Positions 11,525-23,464 of a stretch of DNA of 52,843 nt are shown here, one piece after another. Position 1 is the stretch's first letter; each line of letters starts with the position of its first letter. The position numbers were made by a program, and so were the translations under genes. The notes beneath the pieces were generated by a model, which saw only the letters and a program-made list of their open reading frames with translations, did no database searches and was not told the DNA's origin. The DNA comes from Fonticula-like sp. SCN 57-25 (Eukaryota): the NCBI GenBank assembly GCA_001724245.1, contig MEDX01000029.1, positions 1-52,843 on the forward strand, in the 5' to 3' direction.

Positions 11525-12638
11525 TTACTGTACATGTGTTGGTGCCACGACGCAGTAGCGCGCCATAATGTCCTTGAGCCACTGAATCCACACCTCGGCC
11601 GACCTGCTCTTGTCGAACGACGACGTGTCAATAGGGATGACGCGGCTGGACGCAATTCCATCGTCAAATTCTGCCAGGGCAATGATGGGCAGCCCGTCTG
11701 GGAAAGCGATGGGCAGCCTGAGCGTCAGCAGGTAGCTCGCCGCCGTCGTCGCCCACAAAAGCGAGATCTTGGACGGCATCCCGACATCGACCTCGACAAT
11801 GTGGCGCTTAAACGTCGCCAAGACGGAAGCAATAAAGGCCGCGCGACGTTTCCGGTTGTCCTTTACGCGCTCGCGCGCCGTCTGGAACGCGGCATGCGAT
11901 TCGTTGATGAAGCTCGCGACGCCGACTTGGCTGCTGAACGGCGGAAAGACCGGCGTGCCGATCAGCTCCTCGGAAAGGCCGTCCATATCAATGCGCGCGT
12001 CGGAGCGCTGAAGGTGGGAAGCGGCGCCCACCACAAGCTCTGCCCCGATTTGACCAACTGTAGGCGCGCATGAGCATCAGACAGCAAACTAATAATTGAG
12101 GCGTACCGCGGACCGGCGCGCCAGTGTCATCCGCCACATGAGCAGCGACAATGATGCGCACAATGAAATCGGCGCCGGCGCGCGTCAAGGAATACTCGGG
12201 CGAGAGATCGCTCGACAGCGTTTCGAGCTCAAAGTTGAGCGGCGCGCACTCGAGCAGGCGGATGCAGCGAACCTGATGCTCCAGGTAGGCGCGGCGGACG
12301 TCGGCCAATAGGGCGCGCACAGCGGCGGGCGTCGTATCTGTCCAAGAGCTCCACGACGGTAGACTTGATAAAAGAGGGGAAAAGGGATACTCGGCAGAGG
12401 CCTCGTTCGCCTCGTTCACTATGAGATCCGGCGGCGTCCCGTCGTCATGCAAAATAAAAGTAACTAGACTTTATATTAGCAACACGCACACTCTCGATAG
12501 GGTTCACGTACCAAAGAGAGGGCCACCACTTGTCTGCAGCTCGGCCTCAAACGAAGCGGCCGAGAGAGCGCTCATCTCGCGCACAGCCGCCGGATTCCCC
12601 GGCTCGCCATCGCGCAGCGCCGCAATGACCCCTTCCAT
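11525..12638 (-). CDS. BABAM2: BRISC/BRCA1-A complex member 2 (BRE/BRCC45), 3 exons
   Basis: TPPDLIV, LPSWSSW, AYLEHQ..LNFELETL, RKRRAAFIASVLATFKRHIVEVD and LRLPIAFPDGLP match BRE motifs. Start codon uncertain. Confidence 0.8.
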
Positions 12639-12741
12639 TGGACCCCTCACCAACGGCCACGTGCACACTGCAAGATCAAAGGTTATTTCTGTGGTAAGTT
12701 GTGGAGTTTGTGTTGCATCGTGGTCCACGTGTGTGTGAAGG

Positions 12742-14322
12742 ATGCCGGCAGCGAAGCGCCGTGCGGTCGCCTCTGTGGCGCGGGAGCCGCCGTCGGCGCG
12801 CCTCGAAACGACCAAGCACGCCAAGGCGAACGATGAGGACGCGCTGGAAAACTGGTTGTTTGGCGGCACGGCGACGTTCGCCCAGCCCGATGAGGAGATT
12901 GAGCACGATGATGCCGATGCGGGCAAGGATGAGACGGCCCCCTCTGCCGATCAGCTTTTTGTTATCGATCGCACGCGGCGAGCCAAGCCCAAGCGCTCGT
13001 ATGAGGACGAGGATAGCGACGAGGAAGAGGCCGAGGCCGAGGCCAAGGCGCCTGCCGAGCGCGCGCCCGCCTGGCACGACGAGGACGACGAGGAGGTGGA
13101 GGTGGACATTGCCGCGCGGGCGCGCTCGCGCAAGCTGCGCCAGACCCCCGCCGAGTCGACGCTTTCCGGTAGCGAGTATCAGGAGCGTCTGCGCAAGCAG
13201 CACTCCAAGCTCCGCGCTGCGGGCGGCAGGAATGATGGTTGGGCTGCGCTCCCTGCCGCCGATGCCGAGCGCGACTCTGTCCTTGATGCGCTTGTCACCT
13301 CTCGCTCCAAGCTCGCGCGCAAGTCTGCCGCGCTCCCCTCTACTGTTCTTGATATGAGCACGCTGCGCGACGCGAACCACGCCCAGCCCAATAATGCGGT
13401 CACGCAGACTGTTGCGTTCCACCCTTCAGCGCCGGTGCTTATCACCGGCGGCTTTGACCGGACGCTGCGCATCTTTCAGATGGACGGCAAGAACAATTCT
13501 CTTATGCAGAGCGTTGCGATGGGCGACTTTCCCATCCACACTGCGCAGTTTGCGCGCGGCGGCCAGGAGGTCGTGCTTGCCTCGCGGCGCTCGCACTTTT
13601 ACGTGTACGACATTGAGGCCGGGCGGGTATCGCGCGTGCCGGGCATCATGGGCCGCCCCGAGCGCAGCCTCGAGCACCTTTCTGTGTCGCCAGACGGCAA
13701 GCTCTTTGCGTTTGGCGGCATGCGCGGCGAGATCATCCTCGTGTCGGCTGCGACGCGGCAGCTTGTGGGCACTGTCAAGATGGGCAGCGGGTTCGTAGAC
13801 ATGGCGTGGTCCGATGAGGGCCGCACGCTTTACAGCATGTCGGAGAATGGCGAGGTGTACGAGTGGGACGTGGCGGAGCGGCGCGCCCGGTGGCGCTTCC
13901 AGGACGAAGGTGCACTCCACGGGACGTCCATCGCCGCGACGGCCGGGAATCAGGGCCTGCTCGCGTGCGGGTCAAACACCGGCATTGTCAATTTCTACGA
14001 CGTTGCGGCGCTCCGCCGGGAAGGCAAGCTCACGAATGCCCCCGTGCCCGCCAAGGCGCTCATGAACCTCACGACAAGCATATCGTCGCTGCACTTTAAC
14101 CACGACGGGCAGCTGCTGCTCTTTGCCAGCCGTTCCGCCAAGGCGTCTGTGCGCGCCTTCCATACCGGAACGCGCTCCGTGTTTGGCAACTGGCCGCGGA
14201 GCAACATCCCGCTCGGCCGCGTCAACGTCATGGAGACGAGCCCGCACTCGGGCTTTTTGGCCATCGGAAATGACAAGGGCCGCGTCCTTCTCAACAGGCT
14301 AAACTACTACGCTGCATACTAA
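12742..14322 (+). CDS. UTP18: U3 snoRNP WD40 protein Utp18 (intronless)
   Basis: PAWHDEDDE, RKLRQ..LSGSEYQERLRKQH, LRDAN, WD40 repeats, VFGNWP, FLAIGNDKGRV. Confidence 0.95.
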   Translation: MPAAKRRAVASVAREPPSARLETTKHAKANDEDALENWLFGGTATFAQPDEEIEHDDADAGKDETAPSADQLFVIDRTRRAKPKRSYEDEDSDEEEAEAEAKAPAERAPAWHDEDDEEVEVDIAARARSRKLRQTPAESTLSGSEYQERLRKQHSKLRAAGGRNDGWAALPAADAERDSVLDALVTSRSKLARKSAALPSTVLDMSTLRDANHAQPNNAVTQTVAFHPSAPVLITGGFDRTLRIFQMDGKNNSLMQSVAMGDFPIHTAQFARGGQEVVLASRRSHFYVYDIEAGRVSRVPGIMGRPERSLEHLSVSPDGKLFAFGGMRGEIILVSAATRQLVGTVKMGSGFVDMAWSDEGRTLYSMSENGEVYEWDVAERRARWRFQDEGALHGTSIAATAGNQGLLACGSNTGIVNFYDVAALRREGKLTNAPVPAKALMNLTTSISSLHFNHDGQLLLFASRSAKASVRAFHTGTRSVFGNWPRSNIPLGRVNVMETSPHSGFLAIGNDKGRVLLNRLNYYAAY

Positions 14323-14916
14323 TTTTGTACAAATGGAATCCCAAATACATTTAGCTCTTTGAACGTATGGAATATGCTGCCGGAATAGACCGTAAGTCAC
14401 TGTTATACTGTATTCGCCGTGGGCTATAAACTTTTGTACTTTGTAGCATATATCGGTGAATAGGCAGCGCCCATATTCACCGAAGTATTATTCAATTCCC
14501 TGTGCTTATCATTGTGAATCAAGGGGTCCCGCCTTATTTGCTCACATCATACACATAAATTCTCCTATCAAACGTCCGGCGCCGTGGGTGCGTCCCCGCC
14601 AAAAAGGACGCGTCAGCATCTGGACCAAGGTTGACGTAATCAAAGATCGTTTAAATCGCATGCGATTACGCACCCGCGTGGTACCAAAAACCAGTTTATA
14701 AGGCGCCGAATTTTGGCCCTCTCCACCTTCGTTGTTCCCTTTCGCCCCCCTCTAGCGAGCGTTTCTCTGTCGGGCTGTACGTACCTTTTGGGTGTTTTTT
14801 GTTTTTCTTGTGTTGTGGCGGCTGCTCGGCTGCGCATGCTGATACCGCACTATGCATATTTGTATTTTTCTCGTTTCGGCGCTGTTTCTAATGCTCGCAT
14901 TTTAGTTGGGGTCTCG

Positions 14917-16210
14917 ATGACAAACTCGCTTGAGAATGCTCCCGTCATGATGGCGCCTGTCGTTCACGTCCAGCCGTCGGTTACCGCCGTGCTGGACGAG
15001 CTTTCGACTCACTCCAACAACCCCGAGCTTCTTCCGTTCTTCGTCTGTGACCTGAACGTGCTGGCCGCTCGGATGACCCAGTGGCGCACCAACCTTCCCG
15101 GCGTCGTTCCCTTCTACGCCATCAAGTCGTGCCCCGACCCGCAGGTCATGCGCACTCTTTTCCAGCTCGGCGCCAACTTTGACTGCGCCAGCATGGTGCG
15201 TTTTTATTTTTCGTGTCTATTTCTTGCTAACAATCTCACGATTTTAGGGCGAGATTGCCACCGTGCTCGACCTCGGCGTGAACCCCGACAACATCATCTA
15301 TGCCAACCCGACCAAGCCGCTTGCGCACATTCGCTACGCCGCGTCCAAGGGCGTCCGCATGATGACGTTTGACAACGCCGAAGAGCTTGACAAGATCAAG
15401 GAGGGGCACCCGACCGCCCAGATGGTGCTCCGCGTGCTGGCCGACGACTCCAAGTCTGTTTGCCAGTTTGGCAAGAAGTTTGGCGTGCACCCCTCGTTCA
15501 CCGCGTCGCTTCTCGCGCGCGCCAAGGAGCTCGGCATCGACGTGATTGGCGTCAGCTTCCACGTCGGCAGCGGCTGCTTTGACCCCGAGTCGTTCGCCGA
15601 CGCTGTCCGCCGCGCGCACCTCGTGATCCAGGAGGGCATCGACCTCGGCTTTGACATGCGCCTGCTCGACCTCGGCGGCGGCTTCCCCGGCCTCGACAAT
15701 GTCGACGGCGCGCCCTTCAACGACGTTGCGGCGGCCATCCGCGGCGCCCTCGCCGAGCTGCCCGCCTCCGTCCGCGTCATTGGCGAGCCCGGCCGCTTCT
15801 TTGCCGCGCCGACGTTCACCCTGGCCGTCCACGTCACCTCGCGCCGCACCACGCTGAGCAAGAACGAGGAGGGCGAGACTGTCAAGCGCTTCATGTACTA
15901 TGTCAATGACGGCGTCTATGGCTCGTTCAACTGCATCCTCTTTGACCACGCGAACCCCAAGGCGTACGTGCTTCGCCACGGCGGCCGCTTCCTCGTCAAC
16001 GAGGCGGTCGACGCTGCCCTGCACGGCTGCAGCATCTGGGGCCCGACCTGCGACTCGATGGACCTGATCGTCCGCGAGACCGACCTCCCGGAGCTCAGCG
16101 TCGGCGACTGGCTCTACTACCCCAACATGGGCGCCTACACGCTCACGGCGTCGTCCACCTTTAACGGCTTCCCCAGGCCCGAGGTTCGCTACATCGCCCT
16201 CAAGGACTAG
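14917..16210 (+). CDS. ODC1: Ornithine decarboxylase (fold III PLP enzyme), 2 coding exons plus a 5'UTR intron at 14777-14905
   Basis: PFYAIK (PLP lysine), FDCAS, HVGSG, DLGGGF, EPGRFF, NDGVYGSFNC, WGPTCD, MGAYT. Confidence 0.96.
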
Positions 16211-16523
16211 GCGAGTTTTTTTCGTTAGTGTGTGTATTGTTGCTCCGCCTCTGGTAGAGAATGTGTACATAGTATCATTGTGTATAACTCTTTGTGTTTT
16301 TCTCGCGCTCGCCTGCCTGCGTGCTGCCCGTCTACAGTGTTCGATAGTATAGGCGCGCTCGTTCATATTGCGGAAACAATACAACTAGACTAGACTTAAT
16401 CATTTGAACCATTTCATATTGCGAACACGCTCTCATATTGCTGAATCGATACAACTAGACTAGACTTGAAACATATATAACAACCATCTATCATTGATGC
16501 ATGAAGATGATAAGCCGACTTGG

Positions 16524-17429
16524 CTACTTTGCGAGCTCGCCGCCGAGCGTGGCGTCGGCGCACGCCTTAAAGTAGTTTGAAAAGAACCCTGGCTTGCGCG
16601 CGTCGGCCTGCTTGCTCCCCGCGCGCGTCCTGAGCGGCGCTACTGACGGCGCTGTCTCGCCGGCGCGCGACTCTGACCCCGCGCGGTCCGTCGTGCCCAG
16701 CGCGGCCACCATGTTGGCCATCGAGTCGCCCCGCGTGAGCCGCGTGTACATTTGATCGGCAATAAAGGCATCGAGAAGGCTATCGCGCAGCTCGTCCTCC
16801 TGCTCGTCGGGGAAGGCGCGCTCGAGAATGTCGTCGGCAAAGCTCGGCATGGCAGCCAGTGCGGTGAAGGACGGGCGATGCTGCAGCGCCGATGACGGAA
16901 GGCTGTTGTCGCGTGTCAGCGTCGATGGCCTCACGGTGGTCGCGGCGGGGACGCCGGAATCGCCCCCTGTTCCCGACATGGACGCGGCAAGCATGAAAGA
17001 AGCGTTCCCAGAGCCCATGGTGGGCAGCGTCGGCGCGGGCTGCGCAGGCGCATCCTCGGTGGCGGCGCCGCCGGTCGCAACCATCGAAAGCATGCCGAGA
17101 CGGCGGTCATCAACAAATCCCCGGAGGCGCGCGATCTCGGACTCTTTGGCGGTCACCTGCTTTGAAGATAAAAGCAAAAGGTAAAGAAGCTTCATTTCGC
17201 GGCTCTTGCGGTGCTCGACCTCTTCCTGCAGTGCCTCGAGCGATGCAGTGAGCTCGAGCAGCTTCTCCTTCTGCTTGGCGCGATACTTGCGGTACTTTTC
17301 GGGGCTCCGCGACGTCCCAGTACCTTCCTCGTCCGATTCGACCTCATACTTTTCAACGCGTGCCCGCTTCGGCCCCTTTGACGCAGAGACACGCGGAACG
17401 CGGCCACTAGGGACAGCAGGCTTCACCAT
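16524..17429 (-). CDS. Putative bZIP-like transcription factor
   Basis: Basic region KYRKYRAKQKEK followed by leucine heptads LLELTASLEALQEEVEH; remainder low complexity; 301-aa intronless ORF. Confidence 0.55.
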   Translation of the reverse strand: MVKPAVPSGRVPRVSASKGPKRARVEKYEVESDEEGTGTSRSPEKYRKYRAKQKEKLLELTASLEALQEEVEHRKSREMKLLYLLLLSSKQVTAKESEIARLRGFVDDRRLGMLSMVATGGAATEDAPAQPAPTLPTMGSGNASFMLAASMSGTGGDSGVPAATTVRPSTLTRDNSLPSSALQHRPSFTALAAMPSFADDILERAFPDEQEDELRDSLLDAFIADQMYTRLTRGDSMANMVAALGTTDRAGSESRAGETAPSVAPLRTRAGSKQADARKPGFFSNYFKACADATLGGELAK

Positions 17430-17553
17430 CGGTCCGGATCCGCGGGGGTGCGCTCGGGTGGCGAAACCAAACAGTCACAAATCGCTGGAATTGGGGGTGT
17501 AATTTAGGGTAAAATCCGGGGTGGACAAGTCGGTTTCCCGCCAACTTTCAGCG

Positions 17554-19709
17554 ATGGGCGACGTGATCGAGCTCGTCGAGTCGACCGTCAATGGGTTTTA
17601 CGTGTGCCCGCTCGGCAACCATGTCTTGCCGCTGTACGCATTCTGATAGATATTTATGTGGGAATGACGCTCATGAGAATTAATAGCGAGTCGATGAGCA
17701 AGCATCTTCTCGTGGCGCATTTTGCCGAGATGCGCAACTACAAGCTCGAAGGACTCTACCTCGTGCGGACGTACCAGGATCCGGAGCCGGCACCGGCGCC
17801 GCGGCCTATACAATACAAGCCTCCTGTGCAGCATTTTGTACAGCGCGAGGCGGCCCAGCCAGCGCGCGAAGATGTCGAACCGGTCGACGAGCTTTCCCCG
17901 GACCGCATCCTCGCCATGGTGGCCGATCCCGCGGCCTTTAAGCAGCTCATGGACTTTTTACACAGTACGCGCTCATGTCTCTGTTTGTCTTTTTGCTAAA
18001 AACGCGCAGTGGCGACGATGGAGGAACGCTCGGTTATTTTTGATGATGTTTCGCCAATCACGGACGAACTGCTTTCTTCGCCTTCCGGCCTGCAGCTTCT
18101 CTTTGCCTTTCTCGACCTTGGCCGCGCGCGGCACCGCGCCTCTTTCCTCCAAACACTTGAAGGCAATATTGAGCGGATGCTCAGCAGCCCCAACGGCTGC
18201 TCCATCCTTGCGCATCTGATCAGCGAGAACCCCGTGACGCAAGATGTCCCGCCAAGCATCATTGAAGAGCTGCTCACGCTCGACATGCACCGCCTCGCCG
18301 TCGACCGCCACGCGAGCAGCGTCCTTTTTGCCGTCATTGAATCTGGCAGCGACGAGCACCGCGTACGCACAATAAGGACTTTTTTTGTTGCCTTTTCTTA
18401 TCTTTGCCTAGTCTGCACTGCTCGTGTCCCTTTTAGAGACGACGCTCAAGATCGCCGCGACCGAGGTCGGCCCGCGCCTCCTCCGCCGCATATTTGCGAG
18501 CAAGTCCGTTTCCCCTTCCGAGAAGCAGTTTTTCATTAGCCGGCTTCAAGGCAACCTTGCTCGTCTCGGCGCCAAATCTGCCACTGCTTCCCTCGTTCAG
18601 GACGCCCTGAATCACGCCGCCCCCGACGAGCTTGTCCGCCTGCTTGACGAGCTCGCCTACCTCCCCATCGAGCGCATGCCGAGCATCATTTACCTGCTCG
18701 GCGACGTGAACGGCTATGGCGTGGCGGTCGCCGAGACTGCGCTGCGGCTCGCCTCGCCCGCCTCGCTCGCCAAGTTTGCGCTCGTCATTGCTCAGCACTG
18801 GCCGCTCATAGAAGGCTCCGCCGACGCCATTCGGTACCTTTCGCGGTCGGAAAACGCGGCATTTGCGTCGCGCATCGCAGAGTACATGTACAGCGACGAG
18901 GTTGTCAAGAGTGGGGCCGCGTGGCGCGCGGCGGACGAGGCGTCGCGCGACGACGACCGCGGCCGCGTCGGCACCGAGATTGACGAGGAGGCCGAGCAGG
19001 ACGAGGCGGAAAAGCCGGTGCAGCAAAAGGCGGACAATAAGCAAGGCGGCGAGCAGCGAAAGTACGCGTCGGTGCAGTCGTTTTACCCGCTGCGGATAGA
19101 GGAAGACGAGGAGCTGGCCGAGGACGAACTGCAAAGAAAGTACATGAACCTCGACCTCGAGCCGCGCGACAGCCTCGCACAGTACGCGCGCAATGACCGC
19201 ATGTTTGAAATCTCATATTTGATAGGCTGTCGGCGCAGGATCCGCATTATTGGGTTGTGCGCGAGCAGGACCTTCACGACCTCTTGTTTGACAAGATGGA
19301 CGAGCTCAATGTCATTGACAAGACGGGGTACGCCGAATACCTCGAGTCGCTCGGGCTGTCGGGTTACGACGAGCAGACGATTGAGTGGAAGCCAAACGAC
19401 TTGTGCGAGGCAAAGCACGGAAGCGGGGCGGAGGCAAGATGGTTTACCGCGCGGATCTTGAAGATCAGCAAGGACAGGACGCGCGCGATCGTGCAGTTTC
19501 CCAACAAGCGTGATGAGGCGTGCGAGGTTTTGGTACGCGGGATCGTGAAGATGTGTCGTTTGCTTACACCTGTGCAGCTGTCCGACGTGCGGCCTGCGAT
19601 CAAGTACGACGAGATTGAAGAGTATAGAGTGAGCGGCGACATTAATGTTTACGAAAGGAGAAAGCTGATGCGCAACATGCCGCCGTCGGCATCGCACAAG
19701 CAGAGGTAG
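17554..19709 (+). CDS. Putative RNA-binding protein: CHHC-like zinc finger, PUF-like helical repeats and Tudor domain; about 6 exons
   Basis: Spliced CPLGNHVLPLESMSKHLLVAH; repeats LSSPNGCSILAHLI, LAVDRHASSVLFAVIESG, LLGDVNGYGV; C-terminal WKPNDLCEAK..WFTARILKI..IVQF..EVLLSDVRP. Confidence 0.6.
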
Positions 19710-19947
19710 ATGTTCATGATTACCTTTTTGTACAATACCAGTCATAATACATGAATTTTTTTAATACATGTCAATTAGCATCAAATACTTTATCATTTAC
19801 CTTACATTGCAAAGTCAATAGCGTGTACAATTTGTGCGTTTCTTCTTTGCGGATGTTTCGAGATCAGCGCGGCATGACGCGCCCATGCAATCCTGATTAT
19901 CCACGTGGCCGTTATTCGTGCTGACTCGGTGCTGACCTTTGGCGGCG

Positions 19948-22900
19948 ATGGCGCAGCGGCCACAGGAACTGCGGGACTATAGGGTAAGCCTGCGCCATAT
20001 GTGCTCTTTGAAAGTGAATAGAGTGTGCTAACAGTCGTTCTGCCTTGCTTTTTCTGCCGGTCGTTGTAGGTCTGGCAGTATGATGTGTTGGAGCAGAATG
20101 GCCTGCTGGGACTGGTGGTGGGCACCCCGCACCAGCCGGAGGATCCCTACGCGGCGCCCGAGGACAACCCTGACCCGGTGCGCGCTACTACCACCTTTCT
20201 TTGCGCCTTGCTCATATTTCGCTTTTGATCCTTGCAGCTTGCCCCCGACGAGATCATCATTCGCGTGCTCGGTGTGTCGGTGCCGTACAAGATCAAAGCC
20301 GACGAGCTGCCCGTTGTCGATCGCGGCTTCACGTACAGCGATCCCGTGACGTGGGCGGAAACTGCTCCGCGTGCGTGGAACGGCATTGTTCAGAGCGGCA
20401 TCATCCGCCGCGTGCGGATCATGCTTGATGTTACATTCTCCGAGCCACTTCTGTCGCACTTTGCCGTTGCTGACCGCAACGTGAGCCGCCTGAATGTGCT
20501 CACCGATGTCGACTCGCAGCACTTTTTGCCGGCCACGCCCATGATGCTTGAATCGCTCGTGACGTACCGCGGATGGGTAGGAAGCATCGAAGGGGTGCGC
20601 ATCCCGCATGCCAATCGCTCACTTTTGCTGACATGGTACAGATGGTGTACGAGCTCATCCTGCAGACATCGACGCACACCTTTTGCATCCCTGTGCAGGA
20701 AGTCGCGCACGTCACGAACGTCTTGTCCGCCTTTGCCGAGAGCTCGTCGCACTTTGTCGGCGCGACCGTCCTTGTCCCGCCGCGCGTGTGGCGCTCGGCG
20801 CGCGTCCTCACCGGCAGCCAGTCCACCGTCACCTACCCCGAGCACGCCGTCATCGCCGCGTTTGGCCTGCGCTTCCTCGAGATTCAGTGGATCACGCCCG
20901 ACGTGGAGCAGGAGCGGCCAATGCCGCCGCCGCGCATCAACGTCTCAAAGATGACCGAAGCGCAGACGCGCAGGCTCTTTGACTACCCGTCGCACATCTT
21001 TGAAAACGACGGGTTCAATATCGGAAGCCCGCTCATCGTGCGCCCCGACTCGCCCCACGCGGCGGTGGTAAAGGAGCACTTTGACCGTCTGGTACGCACT
21101 ATAATCAGTTTGCCTCTTGTTCTAACGCTACAAAAATAGCGCCGCCAATTCCCCGTCCCTCTCACGATGGGCCTCATTGTGACGCGCACGCGCAGCGTCG
21201 TCGATGTCCAATGGCAGGACGGCAGCATATCGCGCGACGTGAAAGCGACCGACCTCGTCTTCCGCAACAACATTGACGAGCACGAATTCTTTTCCGGCGA
21301 CTTTGTCGTTGAGAAAAAAGTGCAGTCGCTCGCCGACGGCGAATCTGCGGTCGACGACGTTGAGCGCGTCGGCGTCGTCCTTTCGATGAACGCCGCCGAG
21401 CGCACCTGCAAGGTCCGCTGGATGGACGCCTACGTCCGCGACAACGTCCAGGAAGAAGAAGTCCCCGTATTCAACCTGCAGCGTCACAGCCTCTGGGACT
21501 TCCAGATCGGCTCCGAAGTCGTGCTCCTTTCCAAGGCGGCGCACTCGACCGACGCCGCCGTCATCGCGCGCGCCGGCGCCATGGTCGACGACTTTGTCCG
21601 CGGCACCGAGCGCGAGGGCCGCGTCAAGCCGATCGACGACCAGGCGCGGCGGGCGCAGTACGCCGGCGTCGCACTCGGCGTCATGCCAGAGGGCCTCGTG
21701 GTCGTCTTGTGGGCAAACGCGTCTTTCAGCGCCGTCCCGCCGGACCACCTCTTGCTCGTCGAGGACGAGGGCGAGGAAGAGGCAGACCCTGATGCAGAGG
21801 ACGAGGAAGAGGAGAGCGACGAGTGGATTGTCGAAGATGACGTCGAGTACAGCACGAATGACAACCAGGAAGAGGGCGACGAGGGCGACTGGGAAACCGA
21901 CGAAGAAGAAGATGATGACGAGAATGTTGATGATGAAGATGAGCATGAAAGCAGCAGCGGCAACGCGAGCGACGTCGAGTGGTACACGGACGACGAGATT
22001 GACGACGCCGAGATCGAAGCCGACGCAATGGACGTCGACGAAATTGATGATGACGTCATTGACGTGAGCGAGGCGCTGACAGAGAGCGAGGCGATGGAGA
22101 TGGTGCTCAATGCGCTGTCGGACAGCAGCGTGGCGGCGCGCCAGCTCATTCTCGACACGATCGCGGCGCAGCAGGCGCAGACGTCGTCGTCAGAGGGCGA
22201 AGAAGACACTTTTCACGATGCGCGGCAGTCGCCAGAGCCAGAGGAAAGGCCGACGAGCGGGGCGACCGCCGTTGAAGCGAGCGCAGAGACGGCGCAGGGT
22301 GGAGCAGTGTTGTTTGAGATGCTCGAATCGGCGCCTGCCAATCACCACTTTATCAGTTCAGCTGTACGAAAAATCATTTTTACTGCTTTTTGCTCACTAT
22401 TGAATAGACGCAGCCGAGCAGACAGCTGATGCACCGCCTCGCACAAGAGCACAGCATGCTTGAATCGTCGCTTCCATGTGCGCTTTTCCATATTTTTCCT
22501 TTCATCTAACTTTTCCTTAGCCGGTATTCTTGTGCGCGTGTTTGAGGATCGCATGGACCTGATGCAGTGCATGATTTGCGGCCCCGCCGACACGCCCTAC
22601 GAGGACATTATGTTTCTGTTTGACCTTCACATGCCGCCGACGTACCCGCAGGTGCCGCCGGAAGTGTTTTTCTACTCGTGGACGGACTCGCTCGGGCGTC
22701 TCAACCCGAACCTCTACGAGGACGGCAAAGTGTGCCTCAGCATTTTGGGCACGTGGACGGGCAACGGCGTCGAGAATTGGAGCCCGGCATCGAATGTGCT
22801 TCGTGTACTTCTTTCTATCCAGGCAATGGTGCTCGTCCGCGAGCCCTACTACAACGAAGCAGGGTCCGTTTTTCATATGTTTTTTATATGTCGCTGACTA

Positions 22901-23298
22901 TACGAATAGGTTTGAGAGGTTTGTTGGGTCAGTTGAGGGCGATCGCAACTCGCAAATGTACACGGAAAACATCTTTTTGATATCGCTCAGGGTACATAAA
23001 CCACATTTTCTGCTACTTGCAAACTGACCGCGTTTTGCAGAGCGTCATGCAGGCGATGCGACACCCGCCGCCGTCCTTTGCCGCCTCCGTGTACGACCAC
23101 TACATCACCAACGGCGCGCTGGACCGCATCCTGGCGCGGTGCGACGCGCTCGTGAGCGACGACGCGCAGGGGACGAAAGGCGCGCGTCACGTGCCGGCAA
23201 AGCTCACAAAGGGCGCGCGGAGCGTCCTCGCCGACCTCGTCAAGCAGATGCGGCACATTCAGGCGTCGGCGACAAGGCCAGTATTACAACAACAATAG
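19948..23298 (+). CDS. UBE2O: E2/E3 hybrid ubiquitin-conjugating enzyme UBE2O-like, multi-exon
   Basis: VVDRGF, VDVQWQDGS, EHEFFSGDFV, ERTCKVRW, UBC domain ICGPADTPY..RLNPNLYEDGKVCLSILGTW..PYYNEAG. Confidence 0.93.
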
Positions 23299-23464
23299 CG
23301 CACGCGGACGATTTTGCCGCACATTTCTCGATGGATAATTATCTCATTTCGCATATGTACTGTTTGGGTTTCTTTACGTATGAGTAAATATGAGGCATGT
23401 ACACTTGATTACCGACAATATCGCCCAACAAAACGCGTTCTGATATGATACAAACCAAATATTT

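Noticed and set aside
16845-16900. CTGCAGC in the bZIP mRNA as a possible Ire1 splice site
   Set aside because: No paired 7-nt-loop hairpins, and the basic region is not XBP1/Hac1-like.
19199-19238. Apparent GC- or AT-donor intron in the Tudor gene
   Set aside because: A canonical GTACGC donor at about 19182 with the TAG acceptor near 19225 restores the frame.
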